A stretch of DNA of 63,141 bases, filler included, from 8 parts of 8 records of this genome joined end to end with filler, not necessarily neighbours in it, one strand, 5' to 3'. Shown: positions 1 to 10,266, counted from the first letter of the whole stretch. Notes: a model not told the origin generated them from the sequence alone. Made by a program: numbers and translations.

Positions 1-1
1 C

Positions 2-616
2 ATCGACAATTCCGAACGCATCCTGACCATCGAGGACACCGCCGAATTACAGCTGCAGCAGCTGCATGTGGGGCGCATGGAAAGCCGCCCCGCCAACGTG
101 GAGGGGCGCGGCGCTGTCACCCAGCGCGACTGCCTGCGCAACGCCCTTCGTATGCGCCCCGATCGCATCATCGTGGGGGAAACCCGCGGCGAAGAGGTGA
201 TCGACATGCTACAGGCCATGAACACCGGCCATGACGGATCAATGACGACAATCCACGCCAACAACGCCCGCGATGGGGTAAGCCGGCTTGAAAACATGGT
301 GGCGATGGCCGGTATCGAGATGCCGATCAAGGCCATTCGCAGCCAGATCGCCAGCGCCGTGAATGTCATTGTGCAGGCCAGCCGCCTGCAAGATGGCAGC
401 CGCCGCATGACCTCGATCACCGAAATCACCGGGATGGAGGGCGATGTGATTGCCATGCAAGAGGTGTTTCGCTTTCAACGCACCGGCATTGGCGAGAATA
501 ACAAGATCATCGGCCATTTCACCGCCAACGGCGTGCGCAGCCATTATTCCGAACGCTTCCGCCTGTGGGGCTATGACCTGCCCCATTCCATCTATGACCC
601 AGCAAAGCCAGAGTAA
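2..616 (+). CDS. cpaF: Tad pilus assembly ATPase CpaF/TadA (5'-truncated)
   Basis: Frame is open from nt 2 ([18 protein letters not shown]...). It has the motifs [16 protein letters not shown] and [16 protein letters not shown] and lies upstream of tadB/tadC. Confidence 0.93.
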   Translation: MDNSERILTIEDTAELQLQQLHVGRMESRPANVEGRGAVTQRDCLRNALRMRPDRIIVGETRGEEVIDMLQAMNTGHDGSMTTIHANNARDGVSRLENMVAMAGIEMPIKAIRSQIASAVNVIVQASRLQDGSRRMTSITEITGMEGDVIAMQEVFRFQRTGIGENNKIIGHFTANGVRSHYSERFRLWGYDLPHSIYDPAKPE

Positions 617-621
617 CGCCC

Positions 622-1590
622 ATGAATGTCAGCGCTGAACCCCTGATTTATGCCCTCATCTTTATCGGCGTGCTGGTCTTGGTCGAGGGGATATACCTAA
701 CCGTTTTTGGCCGCTCGATCAGCCTGAACAACCGCGTCAACCGCCGGCTTGAAATGCTGGAACAGGGCGCGCGCCGCGAAGAGGTGATGGAAACGCTGCG
801 CAAGGAAATGCAGCAGCACATGAAGGCCCGCGGCGTGCCGCTTTATTCGATATTGGCCGATAAGGCACAAAAAGGCGCCATCGCCTTTAGCCCGGCGCAA
901 TTGCTGATGCTGATGGGCGTGGTATCGGGGCTGGCGTTTGTGGGCCTAAGCATTGGCACGCAAACAGGCTTTGCCGCCCGCATTTTGATTGCCGCGATGA
1001 TGGGCTTTGGCGGCATTTACATGTGGATCAGCCACAAGGCCAAAAAACGCATGGCCCTGATCGAGGAACAATTGCCCGATGCGATCGAATTGATGGTGCG
1101 CAGCCTGCGCGTGGGGCACCCGTTTTCATCCACCTTGCAGATCGTCGCCAAAGAGGTGGCCGACCCGCTAGCCACCGAGCTGGGCATCATTTCCGACGAA
1201 ACCGCCTATGGCCGCGATATGGGCGAGGCGCTGAAAGATCTGGCCGAGCGGCTGGATATGCAAGACATGCGCTTTTTGGCGGTGGCCGTCACCATCCAGC
1301 AGCAATCAGGCGGCAATCTGGCCGAAATTCTGGCAGGTTTGGCCGCCGTCATCCGCTCGCGGTTTCGGCTGTTTCGCCGGGTCAAGGCGATCACCGCCGA
1401 GGCACAATGGTCGGGTAAATTTCTATCCGCCTTTCCCTTGATTGCGCTTGTCGCAATCAATGTGATGGATCCGCATTATTACGACGAGGTGATGACCCAC
1501 CCAATGTTTGTGCCGGCCTGTTTGGCGGTCGCGGGCTTTTTGGTGGCCAATATGCTGGTGATGCGCGTCTTGGTGAATATCAAGGTATAA
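622..1590 (+). CDS. tadB: Tad pilus inner-membrane protein TadB (T2SS F family)
   Basis: EQLPDAIELMVRSLRVGHP and IQQQSGGNLAEIL motifs, several TM segments, operon position. Confidence 0.9.
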   Translation: MNVSAEPLIYALIFIGVLVLVEGIYLTVFGRSISLNNRVNRRLEMLEQGARREEVMETLRKEMQQHMKARGVPLYSILADKAQKGAIAFSPAQLLMLMGVVSGLAFVGLSIGTQTGFAARILIAAMMGFGGIYMWISHKAKKRMALIEEQLPDAIELMVRSLRVGHPFSSTLQIVAKEVADPLATELGIISDETAYGRDMGEALKDLAERLDMQDMRFLAVAVTIQQQSGGNLAEILAGLAAVIRSRFRLFRRVKAITAEAQWSGKFLSAFPLIALVAINVMDPHYYDEVMTHPMFVPACLAVAGFLVANMLVMRVLVNIKV

Positions 1591-1597
1591 GGGGGCA

Positions 1598-2596
1598 ATG
1601 ATGGGCCAGGGAAGCACAATGATTTTTGGCATGCCGGCGCCATTGGCGGGGATGCTGTTTGCGGGCCTCTTTGGGCTGGGGTTGATCCTGGCGGCGCTCC
1701 TTATGCTGATGCGTCGCAAGGCCGACCCGCTAGAGCGGCTGAATGCCGCCCGCCCAACACCCAGCACCAGCGCGGCCACAGCCGCCACCGCCGCCGCCGG
1801 GGGCCAACCAGGCCGGCTGCGCCAGGGGCGTGGCAATGACAAGCTGCACAAATATGCCACGTTTTTGGAACCCAAAGACGCGCAGCAAATGTCAGAAATT
1901 CGCACCAAGCTGCTGCAAGCCGGCTATCGCAGCCGCGCCGCGGTGCGGTATTTCAACTTTGCGCAATTTGTGTTGGGCCTTGCGGGCCTGGCCTTGGGCG
2001 CAGGCTATTACCTGCTGGCCGCGGCCAAGGGCGCCGAAATGGGCATGCAAGAAACCTTGCTATATATTCTGGGCCCCGGGGGCATGGGCTATTTGACCCC
2101 GCGCTATTGGGTGACCAAGCGCCAGCAAGAGCGCCAGAAAGAAATACAATCAGGCTTTCCCGATGCGCTGGATATGATGCTGGTCTGCATCGAGGCGGGC
2201 CAATCCATCGATCAGGCGGTGCTGCGCGTGGCGCGGGAATTGCGCGCCTCTTACCCATCGTTGGCGGATGAGTTTGAAATTGTCAGCCACGAGGTAAAGG
2301 CCGGCAAAGACAAGCCCGCCGTGCTGCGCGATATGGCCGAGCGCTGCGGCGTGCCGGATATTTCCAGCTTTGTCACGGTGCTGATCCAGTCCAGCAGCTT
2401 TGGCACCTCGATCGCCGATGCGCTGCGCGTCTATGCCAGTGAAATGCGCGACAAGCGCGTGATGCGTGCCGAAGAGGCCGCAAACAAGCTGCCCACCAAG
2501 ATGACGCTGGTTACCATGACACTGACCGTGCCACCGCTGTTGATAATTCTGGTTGCGCCCTCGCTGCACAATATTACAACAATGGGCGGTCAATAA
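1598..2596 (+). CDS. tadC: Tad pilus protein TadC (T2SS F family)
   Basis: GFPDALDMMLVCIEAG, FGTSIADALRVYASEMR and AEEAANKLPTKM motifs. Confidence 0.9.
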   Translation: MMGQGSTMIFGMPAPLAGMLFAGLFGLGLILAALLMLMRRKADPLERLNAARPTPSTSAATAATAAAGGQPGRLRQGRGNDKLHKYATFLEPKDAQQMSEIRTKLLQAGYRSRAAVRYFNFAQFVLGLAGLALGAGYYLLAAAKGAEMGMQETLLYILGPGGMGYLTPRYWVTKRQQERQKEIQSGFPDALDMMLVCIEAGQSIDQAVLRVARELRASYPSLADEFEIVSHEVKAGKDKPAVLRDMAERCGVPDISSFVTVLIQSSSFGTSIADALRVYASEMRDKRVMRAEEAANKLPTKMTLVTMTLTVPPLLIILVAPSLHNITTMGGQ

Positions 2597-2618
2597 GTTT
2601 TCATGTTTTCAGTGCCCC

Positions 2619-3224
2619 ATGCCCCTGCCACGCCCCCTTGCCCACCCCAGATGTGCCGCGGCCGCCCTTGCGGCGCTGCTCTTGATGGGCTGTCAGGCGG
2701 GCATCGGCACGCCCGGCATATCCGGCGCACCCGGGGCGCAAGGCCCCTTTGCCCCGGGCATTAACCCCAACGAACAGGCGGTGGATGGGCTGGTTGTGGG
2801 CCATCGCCTGATGGATGCGGGCGAATACGAGCTGGCGCTGCAGGCCTTTGCCCGGGCGGCAGGCCAGCAGGGCGGGCAGCTAAACCTCGAGGTGTTGCTG
2901 GGCATGGGCAGCGCCAATCTGGGGCTGGGCCGGCTGGGGCAGGCCGAGGCGCTGCTGCGCCAGGCCATTGCCAAAGATGGCCAGCAGCCCACAGCCTGGA
3001 ACAACCTGGGCGTTGTGTTGAACGAGCAGGGCAAATACGCCGAAGCGGCAGAAACCTTTAAACGGGCCTACGCGCTGGATAATGGCGCCAGTGACGCAAT
3101 CCGCGATAATTTGCGCAAAGCCATGGAAAAATTAGACGATCCCGGTTATACAGAGGATAATGCGCCCGAATACAGTTTGGTGCGCGGGGGCCGCGACAGC
3201 TATCTGATCCGCCGCGCCATGTGA
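2619..3224 (+). CDS. TPR lipoprotein of the Tad locus (TadD-like)
   Basis: Lipobox-like LLLMGC and TPR motifs (AWNNLGVVLNEQGKYAEA). Start placed at the ATG after the tadC stop. Confidence 0.75.
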   Translation: MPLPRPLAHPRCAAAALAALLLMGCQAGIGTPGISGAPGAQGPFAPGINPNEQAVDGLVVGHRLMDAGEYELALQAFARAAGQQGGQLNLEVLLGMGSANLGLGRLGQAEALLRQAIAKDGQQPTAWNNLGVVLNEQGKYAEAAETFKRAYALDNGASDAIRDNLRKAMEKLDDPGYTEDNAPEYSLVRGGRDSYLIRRAM

Positions 3225-3251
3225 GGTATAGAGTATCAAAAGGACGCAAAA

Positions 3252-4103
3252 ATGCGCCAACTATTGTTTTATACGCTCTGCCTGCCCGGGGCGTTGCTGA
3301 CAGCAGCCTGCCAACCAGGCTTGGGCAATGGCCAGGTTGATCGTAGTTTCCAGGCGGTCAATGTGATCGACGAGAACAATCTTAACGATATCATGCTGAC
3401 AGTCGCCGACCCGAACGAAGCGGTGGCTTATTTTCAGCGCGCGCTGGAAGATGACCCCAAACGCATCGATATGCAGCGCGGCCTCGCGCAATCGCTGATC
3501 CGGGCCCAACGCACCACCGAAGCCGAGGCCGCATGGGCCCGCGTTGCCGCCCACCCCGAGGCGCGCAACGAAGATCGCGTGGATTACGCCGATGCGCTGA
3601 TCCGGCAGGGCCAGTGGGAAAAGGCACGCGCCGTGCTGGATAAAGTGCCCCCCACCCATGAAACATTCAAACGCTACCGGCTCGAGGCGATGGCGGCAGA
3701 TGCCCGCCAAGATTGGCCGCGCGCCGATAGTTTCTACGAGGTAGCCGCAGGCCTGACAACACGGCCCGCAGGCGTGCTGAACAACTGGGGCTATTCCAAA
3801 CTGACCCGCGGCGATTTTTCCGCAGCCGAGCAATTGTTCACTGACGCGCTGCGCAACGACAGCACGCTGTTCACCGCCAAAAACAACCTTGTTCTGGCCC
3901 GCGGCGCGCAGCGCAAATACACCCTGCCCGTTCTGCCGCTGACCCAGATCGAACGGGCGCAATTGCTGCACACGCTGGGCCTGACCGCCGTGCGGCAAGG
4001 CGATGTGGATATCGCCAAATCGCTGCTGCGCGATGCCATTGAAACCCACCCGCAGCATTTCGACGAAGCCGTGCGCGCGCTGAGCGCGCTAGAGGCGGGC
4101 TAA
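3252..4103 (+). CDS. TPR lipoprotein, TadD/CpaO-like
   Basis: Lipobox LLTAAC, multiple TPRs (VLNNWGYSKLTRGD), Tad operon context. Confidence 0.8.
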   Translation: MRQLLFYTLCLPGALLTAACQPGLGNGQVDRSFQAVNVIDENNLNDIMLTVADPNEAVAYFQRALEDDPKRIDMQRGLAQSLIRAQRTTEAEAAWARVAAHPEARNEDRVDYADALIRQGQWEKARAVLDKVPPTHETFKRYRLEAMAADARQDWPRADSFYEVAAGLTTRPAGVLNNWGYSKLTRGDFSAAEQLFTDALRNDSTLFTAKNNLVLARGAQRKYTLPVLPLTQIERAQLLHTLGLTAVRQGDVDIAKSLLRDAIETHPQHFDEAVRALSALEAG

Positions 4104-4628
4104 ATGGCCGCTTTGGGGCTGGGTCAGGGGCTAGCCGATATGGCCATGCTGCCCCCACAGGCGGCGCGACTGTTTTTGCTGGCGCTGGCGCCGGTGTGCC
4201 TGTGGGTGGCGCTCAGCGATCTGCGGGCCATGATCATTCCCAACCGCGCGGTTGTGGCCACATTTGCGCTGTTTGTGCTGCTGGGGCCTTGGGTGTTGCC
4301 ATGGGGCCAATTTGGCTGGCAATTGCTGGCCATGCCTGTTTTTCTGGCTTTGGGCATGCTGGCCAATGCCATGGGCCTTTTTGGCGCGGGCGATGCCAAA
4401 TTTATTGCCGCCGCCGCCCCCTTTGTTTGGGCCACTGACGCCCGGCTGATGGGCATGATCTTTATGGCCAATCTGCTGGCCGCCTATCTGGCCCATCGCC
4501 TGGCCAAACACAGCCCCCTGCGGGCATTGGCGCCCGAATGGGCCAGTTGGGATGCGGGCGCGAAATTTCCCATGGGCCTGCCCTTGGCCTCTAGCCTGAT
4601 GATCTATCTGGCCATCGCCAGCCTTTAG
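4104..4628 (+). CDS. cpaA: Prepilin peptidase CpaA/TadV (A24 family)
   Basis: SDLRAMIIPN and GAGDAK aspartyl peptidase motifs, hydrophobic, C-terminal FPMG. Confidence 0.88.
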   Translation: MAALGLGQGLADMAMLPPQAARLFLLALAPVCLWVALSDLRAMIIPNRAVVATFALFVLLGPWVLPWGQFGWQLLAMPVFLALGMLANAMGLFGAGDAKFIAAAAPFVWATDARLMGMIFMANLLAAYLAHRLAKHSPLRALAPEWASWDAGAKFPMGLPLASSLMIYLAIASL

Positions 4629-4685
4629 GCTGGCGCGCGCGCCTTTGCATTTCCCTGCGCACCGCGATGCGCTAGATCCACCGGC

Positions 4686-7166
4686 ATGAGCACCTACCCA
4701 CAGGCCATCGACGATTGGTTTCACAGCCGCGGCTGGCAGATGCACCCGCATCAGCGCCAAATGCTGGCCTGTGCCCATGCCCCGGCCACCCTGCTGATCG
4801 CACCCACGGGCGGCGGCAAAACCATGGCCGGTTTCTTGCCGACGCTTGCAGAATTGGCGGCAGGAAAACATACGGGCCTGCACACGGGCCAACATACGGG
4901 CCTGCACACAATTTATGTCAGCCCGCTCAAGGCCTTGGCCAGTGATATTGCCCGCAACCTGGCGCAGCCCGTGGCAGATATGGCCCTTCCCATCCGCATC
5001 GAGGATCGCACCGGCGACACCCCCCAAACGCGCAAACGCCGCCAACGCGCCGACCCGCCCCATATTTTGCTGACCACGCCTGAATCTTTGGCACTGCTGG
5101 TCAGCTACCCCGATGCGCCAAAAATCTTTGCCAATCTGCAGCGCATCGTGATCGATGAAATCCACGCCCTGGCGATAAGCAAGCGCGGCGCCCAGCTGTT
5201 TCTGGCGCTCTCGCGGCTGCAGGCGCTGGCCCCCGGGCTGCGCCGGGTTGGCCTGTCGGCCACGGTCGAACACCCGGCAACAATTGCCGCCATGATGGCC
5301 GCCCACCCCCATAGCTGCACCATCCTGAATGCCGATCCAGGCCCCGCCCCCGATATTGCCATGCTGCCCACCGCCGAGGCCCCGCCTTGGGCGGGCGGCG
5401 GCGCGGCCTATGCTATCGAGGCGGTGATGCAGGAAATCAAGCGCCACAAAACCACGCTGATCTTTCACAACACCCGCGCCCAGGCCGAGCTGTTTTTTCA
5501 TCGCCTGTGGATGGCCAATGACACAGCCCTGCCGATTGGCATTCATCATGGCAGCCTGGCGCGCGCCCAGCGCGAAAAGGTAGAAACCGCCATGGCGCAG
5601 GGCCAGTTGCGCGCGGTTGTGTGCACCGGCAGCCTGGATCTGGGGATCGATTGGGGCGATGTGGATTTGGTGCTGCAAATCGGGGCGCCCAAAAATGTAA
5701 AGCGGCTGATCCAGCGCATTGGCCGCGCCAATCACCGCTATAATGCCCCCTCAAAGGCGCGGCTGGTGCCGGCCAACCGCTTTGAGGTGGTAGAATGCAT
5801 CGCCGCCCTGCAAGCCGCGCGCGCGGGCCAGCTGGATGATGATCCGCCCCCCACAGCCGCGCTGGATGTGCTATGCCAGCATATCCTGATCTGCGCCTGC
5901 GCAGGCCCGTTTTGCGCCGATGCGCTGTATCACGAAATACGCAGCGCCGGCGCCTATCAGGCCCTGCCCCGCGCCAGTTTCGATGCCTGCCTCGATTTTT
6001 GTGCCACCGGCGGCTATGCGCTGCGCGCCTATGACCGCTGGCAACGCCTGCAACAGCGCCCCGATGGGCTGTGGCAGCTGCGCGACCTGCGCAGCGCTGC
6101 GCTGATCCGGCAAAACATTGGCACGATCCAGGATATCGATACGCTGAAAGTGCGTATGAAGGGCCGCGGTGGCGCGCCCTTGGGCGAGGTCGAGGAAAGC
6201 TTTGCCGCCACGCTCACGCAGGGCGATACGTTTTTGATGGCAGGCCAAATCGTGCGCTACGAAGGCCTGCGCGAGATGACAGTCGAGGTTAGCCGCGCGC
6301 CCGGGCGCCAGCCCAAGGTGGCGGTGTTCAACGGCACGAAATTTGCCACCTCAACCCAGCTGTCACAGCGCATCTTGCAGATTTTTGCGCAAGAAGACTG
6401 GCGCGATCTGCCCGCCCACACGCGCCAATGGCTAGAGCTGCAAAAAACTGTCTCGGCCTTGCCTGTTGCGGGGGAATTGCTGATCGAAAGCTTTCCGCTA
6501 GAGGGGCGGGAATACCTGTGTTTTTACGGGTTTGCCGGGCGCAATGCCCAACAAACGCTGGGGCTGATCCTGACCAAACGCATGGAAGAGGCCGGGCACG
6601 AGCCGCTGGGCTTTGTGGCCACCGATTATGCCACCCTGATCTGGGGCTTGCAGCGGGTGGAAAACCCCGGCGCGTTGCTAGAGGGCGCGGCGTTGCGCGC
6701 CGGCCTTGATGGCTGGCTACAGGGAAATGCGGTGATGAAACGCACCTTTCGCGCCAGCGCCACCATTGCCGGGCTGATCCAGCGCAGCCATCAGGGCCTG
6801 CGCAAATCGGGGCGGCAGGCCACGTTTTCCAGCGATATTTTATATGACACGCTGGTGAAATTTGACCCCGAACATCTGCTGCTGAACATCACCCGCACCG
6901 AGGCCATGCGCGGCCTGGTCGATTTTGGGCGCATCGAACATATGCTGGAAAGCCTGGGCCAAAACATCACCCTGCGCCGCCTGGCGCGGGTGTCGCCCCT
7001 GGCGGCGCCGCTGCTGCTAGAGCCGGGGCGCGTGCCCGTCAAAGGCGCCGCGCAAGAGCGGCTTTTGCAAGAAGAAACCGCCCGGCTATTGGCCGAAAGC
7101 GGGCTTGCCAGCCTTTCCCAAACCCCCAGCCCGGCCCCCACGCCCCCAGCCAAGGCCCCAGCATGA
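4686..7166 (+). CDS. Lhr-core DEXH helicase (ligase-associated DNA damage response)
   Basis: APTGGGKT, YVSPLKALASDI, TTPESL, IDEIH, HHGSL, LDLGIDWG and QRIGRANH motifs; coupled to a metallophosphoesterase. Confidence 0.92.
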   Translation: MSTYPQAIDDWFHSRGWQMHPHQRQMLACAHAPATLLIAPTGGGKTMAGFLPTLAELAAGKHTGLHTGQHTGLHTIYVSPLKALASDIARNLAQPVADMALPIRIEDRTGDTPQTRKRRQRADPPHILLTTPESLALLVSYPDAPKIFANLQRIVIDEIHALAISKRGAQLFLALSRLQALAPGLRRVGLSATVEHPATIAAMMAAHPHSCTILNADPGPAPDIAMLPTAEAPPWAGGGAAYAIEAVMQEIKRHKTTLIFHNTRAQAELFFHRLWMANDTALPIGIHHGSLARAQREKVETAMAQGQLRAVVCTGSLDLGIDWGDVDLVLQIGAPKNVKRLIQRIGRANHRYNAPSKARLVPANRFEVVECIAALQAARAGQLDDDPPPTAALDVLCQHILICACAGPFCADALYHEIRSAGAYQALPRASFDACLDFCATGGYALRAYDRWQRLQQRPDGLWQLRDLRSAALIRQNIGTIQDIDTLKVRMKGRGGAPLGEVEESFAATLTQGDTFLMAGQIVRYEGLREMTVEVSRAPGRQPKVAVFNGTKFATSTQLSQRILQIFAQEDWRDLPAHTRQWLELQKTVSALPVAGELLIESFPLEGREYLCFYGFAGRNAQQTLGLILTKRMEEAGHEPLGFVATDYATLIWGLQRVENPGALLEGAALRAGLDGWLQGNAVMKRTFRASATIAGLIQRSHQGLRKSGRQATFSSDILYDTLVKFDPEHLLLNITRTEAMRGLVDFGRIEHMLESLGQNITLRRLARVSPLAAPLLLEPGRVPVKGAAQERLLQEETARLLAESGLASLSQTPSPAPTPPAKAPA

Positions 7167-7837
7167 CCGCCAGCGACATGCATTTTTCCTTTACCCTGCA
7201 AGGTGGTGCACTGCAGGCCCGCGCCAGCGGCATCTTATGGTGGGCCGATCAGCGCGCGCTGTGTGTCTCGGATTTGCATCTGGGCAAATCCTTGCGCGCG
7301 GCCAAACACGGCGGCGCAGCCCTGCCCCCCTTCGAGACCATCGACACCCTGCAGCGCCTCGGCGCCGAGATCGCCGCCCTAAACCCCGAAACCGTGATAT
7401 GCCTTGGCGACAGTTTCGACGATGCCACCGCCAGCGCCGATCTGCCCTGCGATGTGCAAACCCAGCTGCGCCGCCTGCAAGATGGGCGCCGCTGGATCTG
7501 GATCGAGGGCAATCACGACCCAGGCCCAGTGGCCCTGCCCGGCCAGCATATGCACAGCCTGGCTTTGGGACCGCTGGTCTTTCGCCATATTGCTACGCCC
7601 CCCGGCAGGGGCGAGGTATCGGGGCATTACCACCCAAAGGCCACCGTGCCCACGCGCGCGCGCGCCATCACGCGCCCCTGTTTTCTGCTCGATCACGCGC
7701 GGGTGATCCTGCCCGCTTTTGGCACCTATACCGGCGGTCTGGCCAGCAGCCACCCGGCCCTGGCAGGGCTGATGGGCCCCGGGGCGCTGGCTGTGCTGAC
7801 AGGCCCGCGTGCCCTGGCCCTGCCCATGCCACGCTAA
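7163..7837 (+). CDS. pdeM: Ligase-associated DNA damage response metallophosphoesterase/endonuclease PdeM
   Basis: SDLHLGK, LGDSF, GNHD, GHYHP and LPAFGTYTGG motifs; ATGA overlap with the helicase. Confidence 0.9.
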   Translation: MTASDMHFSFTLQGGALQARASGILWWADQRALCVSDLHLGKSLRAAKHGGAALPPFETIDTLQRLGAEIAALNPETVICLGDSFDDATASADLPCDVQTQLRRLQDGRRWIWIEGNHDPGPVALPGQHMHSLALGPLVFRHIATPPGRGEVSGHYHPKATVPTRARAITRPCFLLDHARVILPAFGTYTGGLASSHPALAGLMGPGALAVLTGPRALALPMPR

Positions 7838-8634
7838 TCCAGCCCCAAGTCCCGCAGCGCGGCGCGGTTTGCCCGGCTTACCGGCACTTCGGCGCCATCG
7901 CGCATCAGTAAAAACTGCCGCCCCTCCTTGCGCAGCAGCTGCGCCACACCCGCCTGCGCCACCCAATGCGAACGATGCACGCGTGCGCCTGCCACCTCGG
8001 ACAATTCCGCCACCGCATCACCAAACCGCATCAAAACCAAGGCACTGCCCGCATCCGTGACCACATTCAGGTAATGGTCTTGCGCCTCGATCCTGATCAA
8101 ACTGCCGCGCATGGCGGCGGGCACATGGCGCAAGAAACCGGGGTTTTGCTGTTGGGGCACGGCCACGGGGCCGGGGCCTGTGGGGCTATCATCCTGCGGC
8201 GCCTCTGGGCTGGGGTCTTGGTTCGGGGCCAAAACCAGCCTGTGGCCCAGCTCCACCACCGCCGCCACCAACCAGACCACCCCGGCCAAATAGGCAAAAT
8301 CAGCCCAACCAGACCAGCCATCAAACACCAGCAAATTGATCCCATGCACCAGCGCTGCCAGGGCCAGGGCAAAGCCAACCCGCTCGATCAGGCGCTGGGG
8401 CAGCGTTTGGCCCGCCATCATACGCCGAAAGAGGTGATCCAAACCAATCGACACGCCCACCACCACGGCCCAAAACCCAAACCGCGGCAGCGGCGCCAAT
8501 AAGCGATAGGTGTCAAATGGCCCCGCCACCGCAAGCAGCGCGCTTAAGCCCGCCCACAGCGCCAACGGCACGCGCCATTCACGCAGCGCCAAGTGCAACT
8601 TTTGCCCCAAATCACCCATTTCACGTATTTCCAC
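7834..8634 (-). CDS. Membrane-anchored LytTR DNA-binding regulator
   Basis: About 4 N-terminal TM helices and a C-terminal LytTR domain (IEAQDHYLNVVT, RVHRSHWVA, VPVSRA). Start uncertain (8634 or 8619). Confidence 0.85.
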   Translation of the reverse strand: MEIREMGDLGQKLHLALREWRVPLALWAGLSALLAVAGPFDTYRLLAPLPRFGFWAVVVGVSIGLDHLFRRMMAGQTLPQRLIERVGFALALAALVHGINLLVFDGWSGWADFAYLAGVVWLVAAVVELGHRLVLAPNQDPSPEAPQDDSPTGPGPVAVPQQQNPGFLRHVPAAMRGSLIRIEAQDHYLNVVTDAGSALVLMRFGDAVAELSEVAGARVHRSHWVAQAGVAQLLRKEGRQFLLMRDGAEVPVSRANRAALRDLGLD

Positions 8635-8716
8635 ACACCATTTACGCAGCCAGGCTTGTGCCCTTATCGCCAGTTTTGCATCCCAAAAGCGAAAAACAAC
8701 AGACCCAAGGTGTGAT

Positions 8717-9118
8717 ATGAGCTTTCAACCCCTTCTTGCAGCGCCATTCGCCGTGATCATGCACGCGTTTGCAGCGCTATCCCTGATCCCGCTGACCGCG
8801 CTTATTTTCACCATAAAACGCGGCAGCCTATGGCATAAACGGCTGGGCTGGGCATGGGTGCTGGGCATGGCGGTGGTGGCGATCAGCAGCTTTTGGGTGC
8901 AAGAGCTGCGTATTTTTGGGCCATTTAGCCCCATTCATGGGCTCTCACTGTTCACTTTGGGCAGCCTGGTCTATGCCATCTGGCGCATCCGCGCGGGCGA
9001 CAGGCGCCGCCACCGCCGCGCCATGCTATTGTTGGTGTGGGGGGCATTGGCGGGCGCAGGGGCCTTCACCCTGCTGCCCGGCCGAATTATGCACACTGTG
9101 GTGTTTGGCGCGGCGTAA
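8717..9118 (+). CDS. DUF2306-like membrane protein
   Basis: KRGSLWHKRLGWAW, GPFSPIHGLS and AFTLLPGRIM motifs; 4 TM; ATG 8717; divergent from the LytTR gene. Confidence 0.82.
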   Translation: MSFQPLLAAPFAVIMHAFAALSLIPLTALIFTIKRGSLWHKRLGWAWVLGMAVVAISSFWVQELRIFGPFSPIHGLSLFTLGSLVYAIWRIRAGDRRRHRRAMLLLVWGALAGAGAFTLLPGRIMHTVVFGAA

Positions 9119-9128
9119 GGCGCGCCGC

Positions 9129-10019
9129 TCAGGCCGTCAGGCCCTGCGGCTCGTCCAGCCCATTGGCGCGCGCGCATGCGGTCAGCGTATTGGCCAAAAG
9201 GCAGGCAATGGTCATCGGCCCCACGCCACCAGGCACCGGGGTGATGGCGCCTGCCACAGCGGCACAGCTGGCAAAATCGCAATCCCCCACCAACACAGCC
9301 TTGCCATCGCGCTCGATCCGGTTGATGCCCACATCAATCACCGTGGCACCAGGCTTGATCCAGTCGCCAGGCACCATTTCCGCCCGCCCAACCGCCGCCA
9401 CCACGATATCGGCACCGCGCACAACATCGGCAATATCTTTGGTGCGGCTATGGGCCACCGTCACGGTGCAACTGTCGCGCAACAATAGCTGCGCCATGGG
9501 CTTGCCCACGATATTGCTGCGCCCGATCACCACCGCATTCAGCCCCGACAGGCTGCCGTGATGGTCGCGCAGCATCATCAAACAGCCCAAAGGCGTGCAA
9601 GGCACCATGGCCTTTTGCCCCGTGGCCAACAGGCCCACATTCGAGATGTGAAACCCATCGACATCTTTTTCAGGGGCAATCGCATTGATCACCAGATCCT
9701 CGTTCAGATGGCCGGGCAAGGGCAGCTGCACCAAAATCCCATGCACCGCGGGATCGGCATTCAACTGCGCAATCAACGCCAGCAAATCAGCCTCGGATGT
9801 GGCCGCGTCCAGCTTGTGCTCGAACGAGTTCATGCCCACCTCGACCGTCTGCTTGCCCTTCGAGCGCACATAGACCTGGCTTGCCGGATCTTCCCCCACC
9901 AAAACAACAGCCAGCCCCGGGGTAATACCATGGGCCGCTTTCATCTGGGCCACATGCTGGGCCACCTCGGCACGCACTTTGGCGGCAAAGGCCTTGCCAT
10001 CAATGATCTGGGCAGTCAT
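9129..10019 (-). CDS. folD: Bifunctional methylene-THF dehydrogenase/cyclohydrolase
   Basis: [36 protein letters not shown] and [11 protein letters not shown] motifs; GGAGA RBS before ATG 10019. Confidence 0.96.
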   Translation of the reverse strand: MTAQIIDGKAFAAKVRAEVAQHVAQMKAAHGITPGLAVVLVGEDPASQVYVRSKGKQTVEVGMNSFEHKLDAATSEADLLALIAQLNADPAVHGILVQLPLPGHLNEDLVINAIAPEKDVDGFHISNVGLLATGQKAMVPCTPLGCLMMLRDHHGSLSGLNAVVIGRSNIVGKPMAQLLLRDSCTVTVAHSRTKDIADVVRGADIVVAAVGRAEMVPGDWIKPGATVIDVGINRIERDGKAVLVGDCDFASCAAVAGAITPVPGGVGPMTIACLLANTLTACARANGLDEPQGLTA

Positions 10020-10032
10020 CGTTCTTCTCTCC

Positions 10033-10164
10033 TTAGACACCTGGCCGGGAATAGTTTTCCCGGTAATGTTGCATCTGCATACGCGTGGCCAGCACCGCGT
10101 TATGCATCAAAGTTGCCACTGTGACAGGGCCAACGCCGCCCGGCACCGGGGTGATCCAGCCCGC
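10033..10164 (-). CDS. C-terminal fragment of a second FolD paralogue (5'-truncated by contig end)
   Basis: Manual translation gives [43 protein letters not shown], which carries the FolD C-terminal signature. It is not in the ORF track. Confidence 0.85.
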   Translation of the reverse strand, partial: AGWITPVPGGVGPVTVATLMHNAVLATRMQMQHYRENYSRPGV

Positions 10165-10165
10165 C

Positions 10166-10265
10166 NNNNNNNNNNNNNNNNNNNNNNNNNNNNNNNNNNN
10201 NNNNNNNNNTTAATTAATTAANNNNNNNNNNNNNNNNNNNNNNNNNNNNNNNNNNNNNNNNNNNN
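10166..10265. other. Artificial contig spacer
   Basis: N44-TTAATTAATTAA-N44 (stops in six frames). Confidence 0.98.
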
Positions 10266-10266
10266 C

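Noticed and set aside
10210-10221. TTAATTAATTAA palindrome recurring seven times
   Set aside because: It is always centred in N runs, so it is an artificial six-frame-stop linker and not biological.
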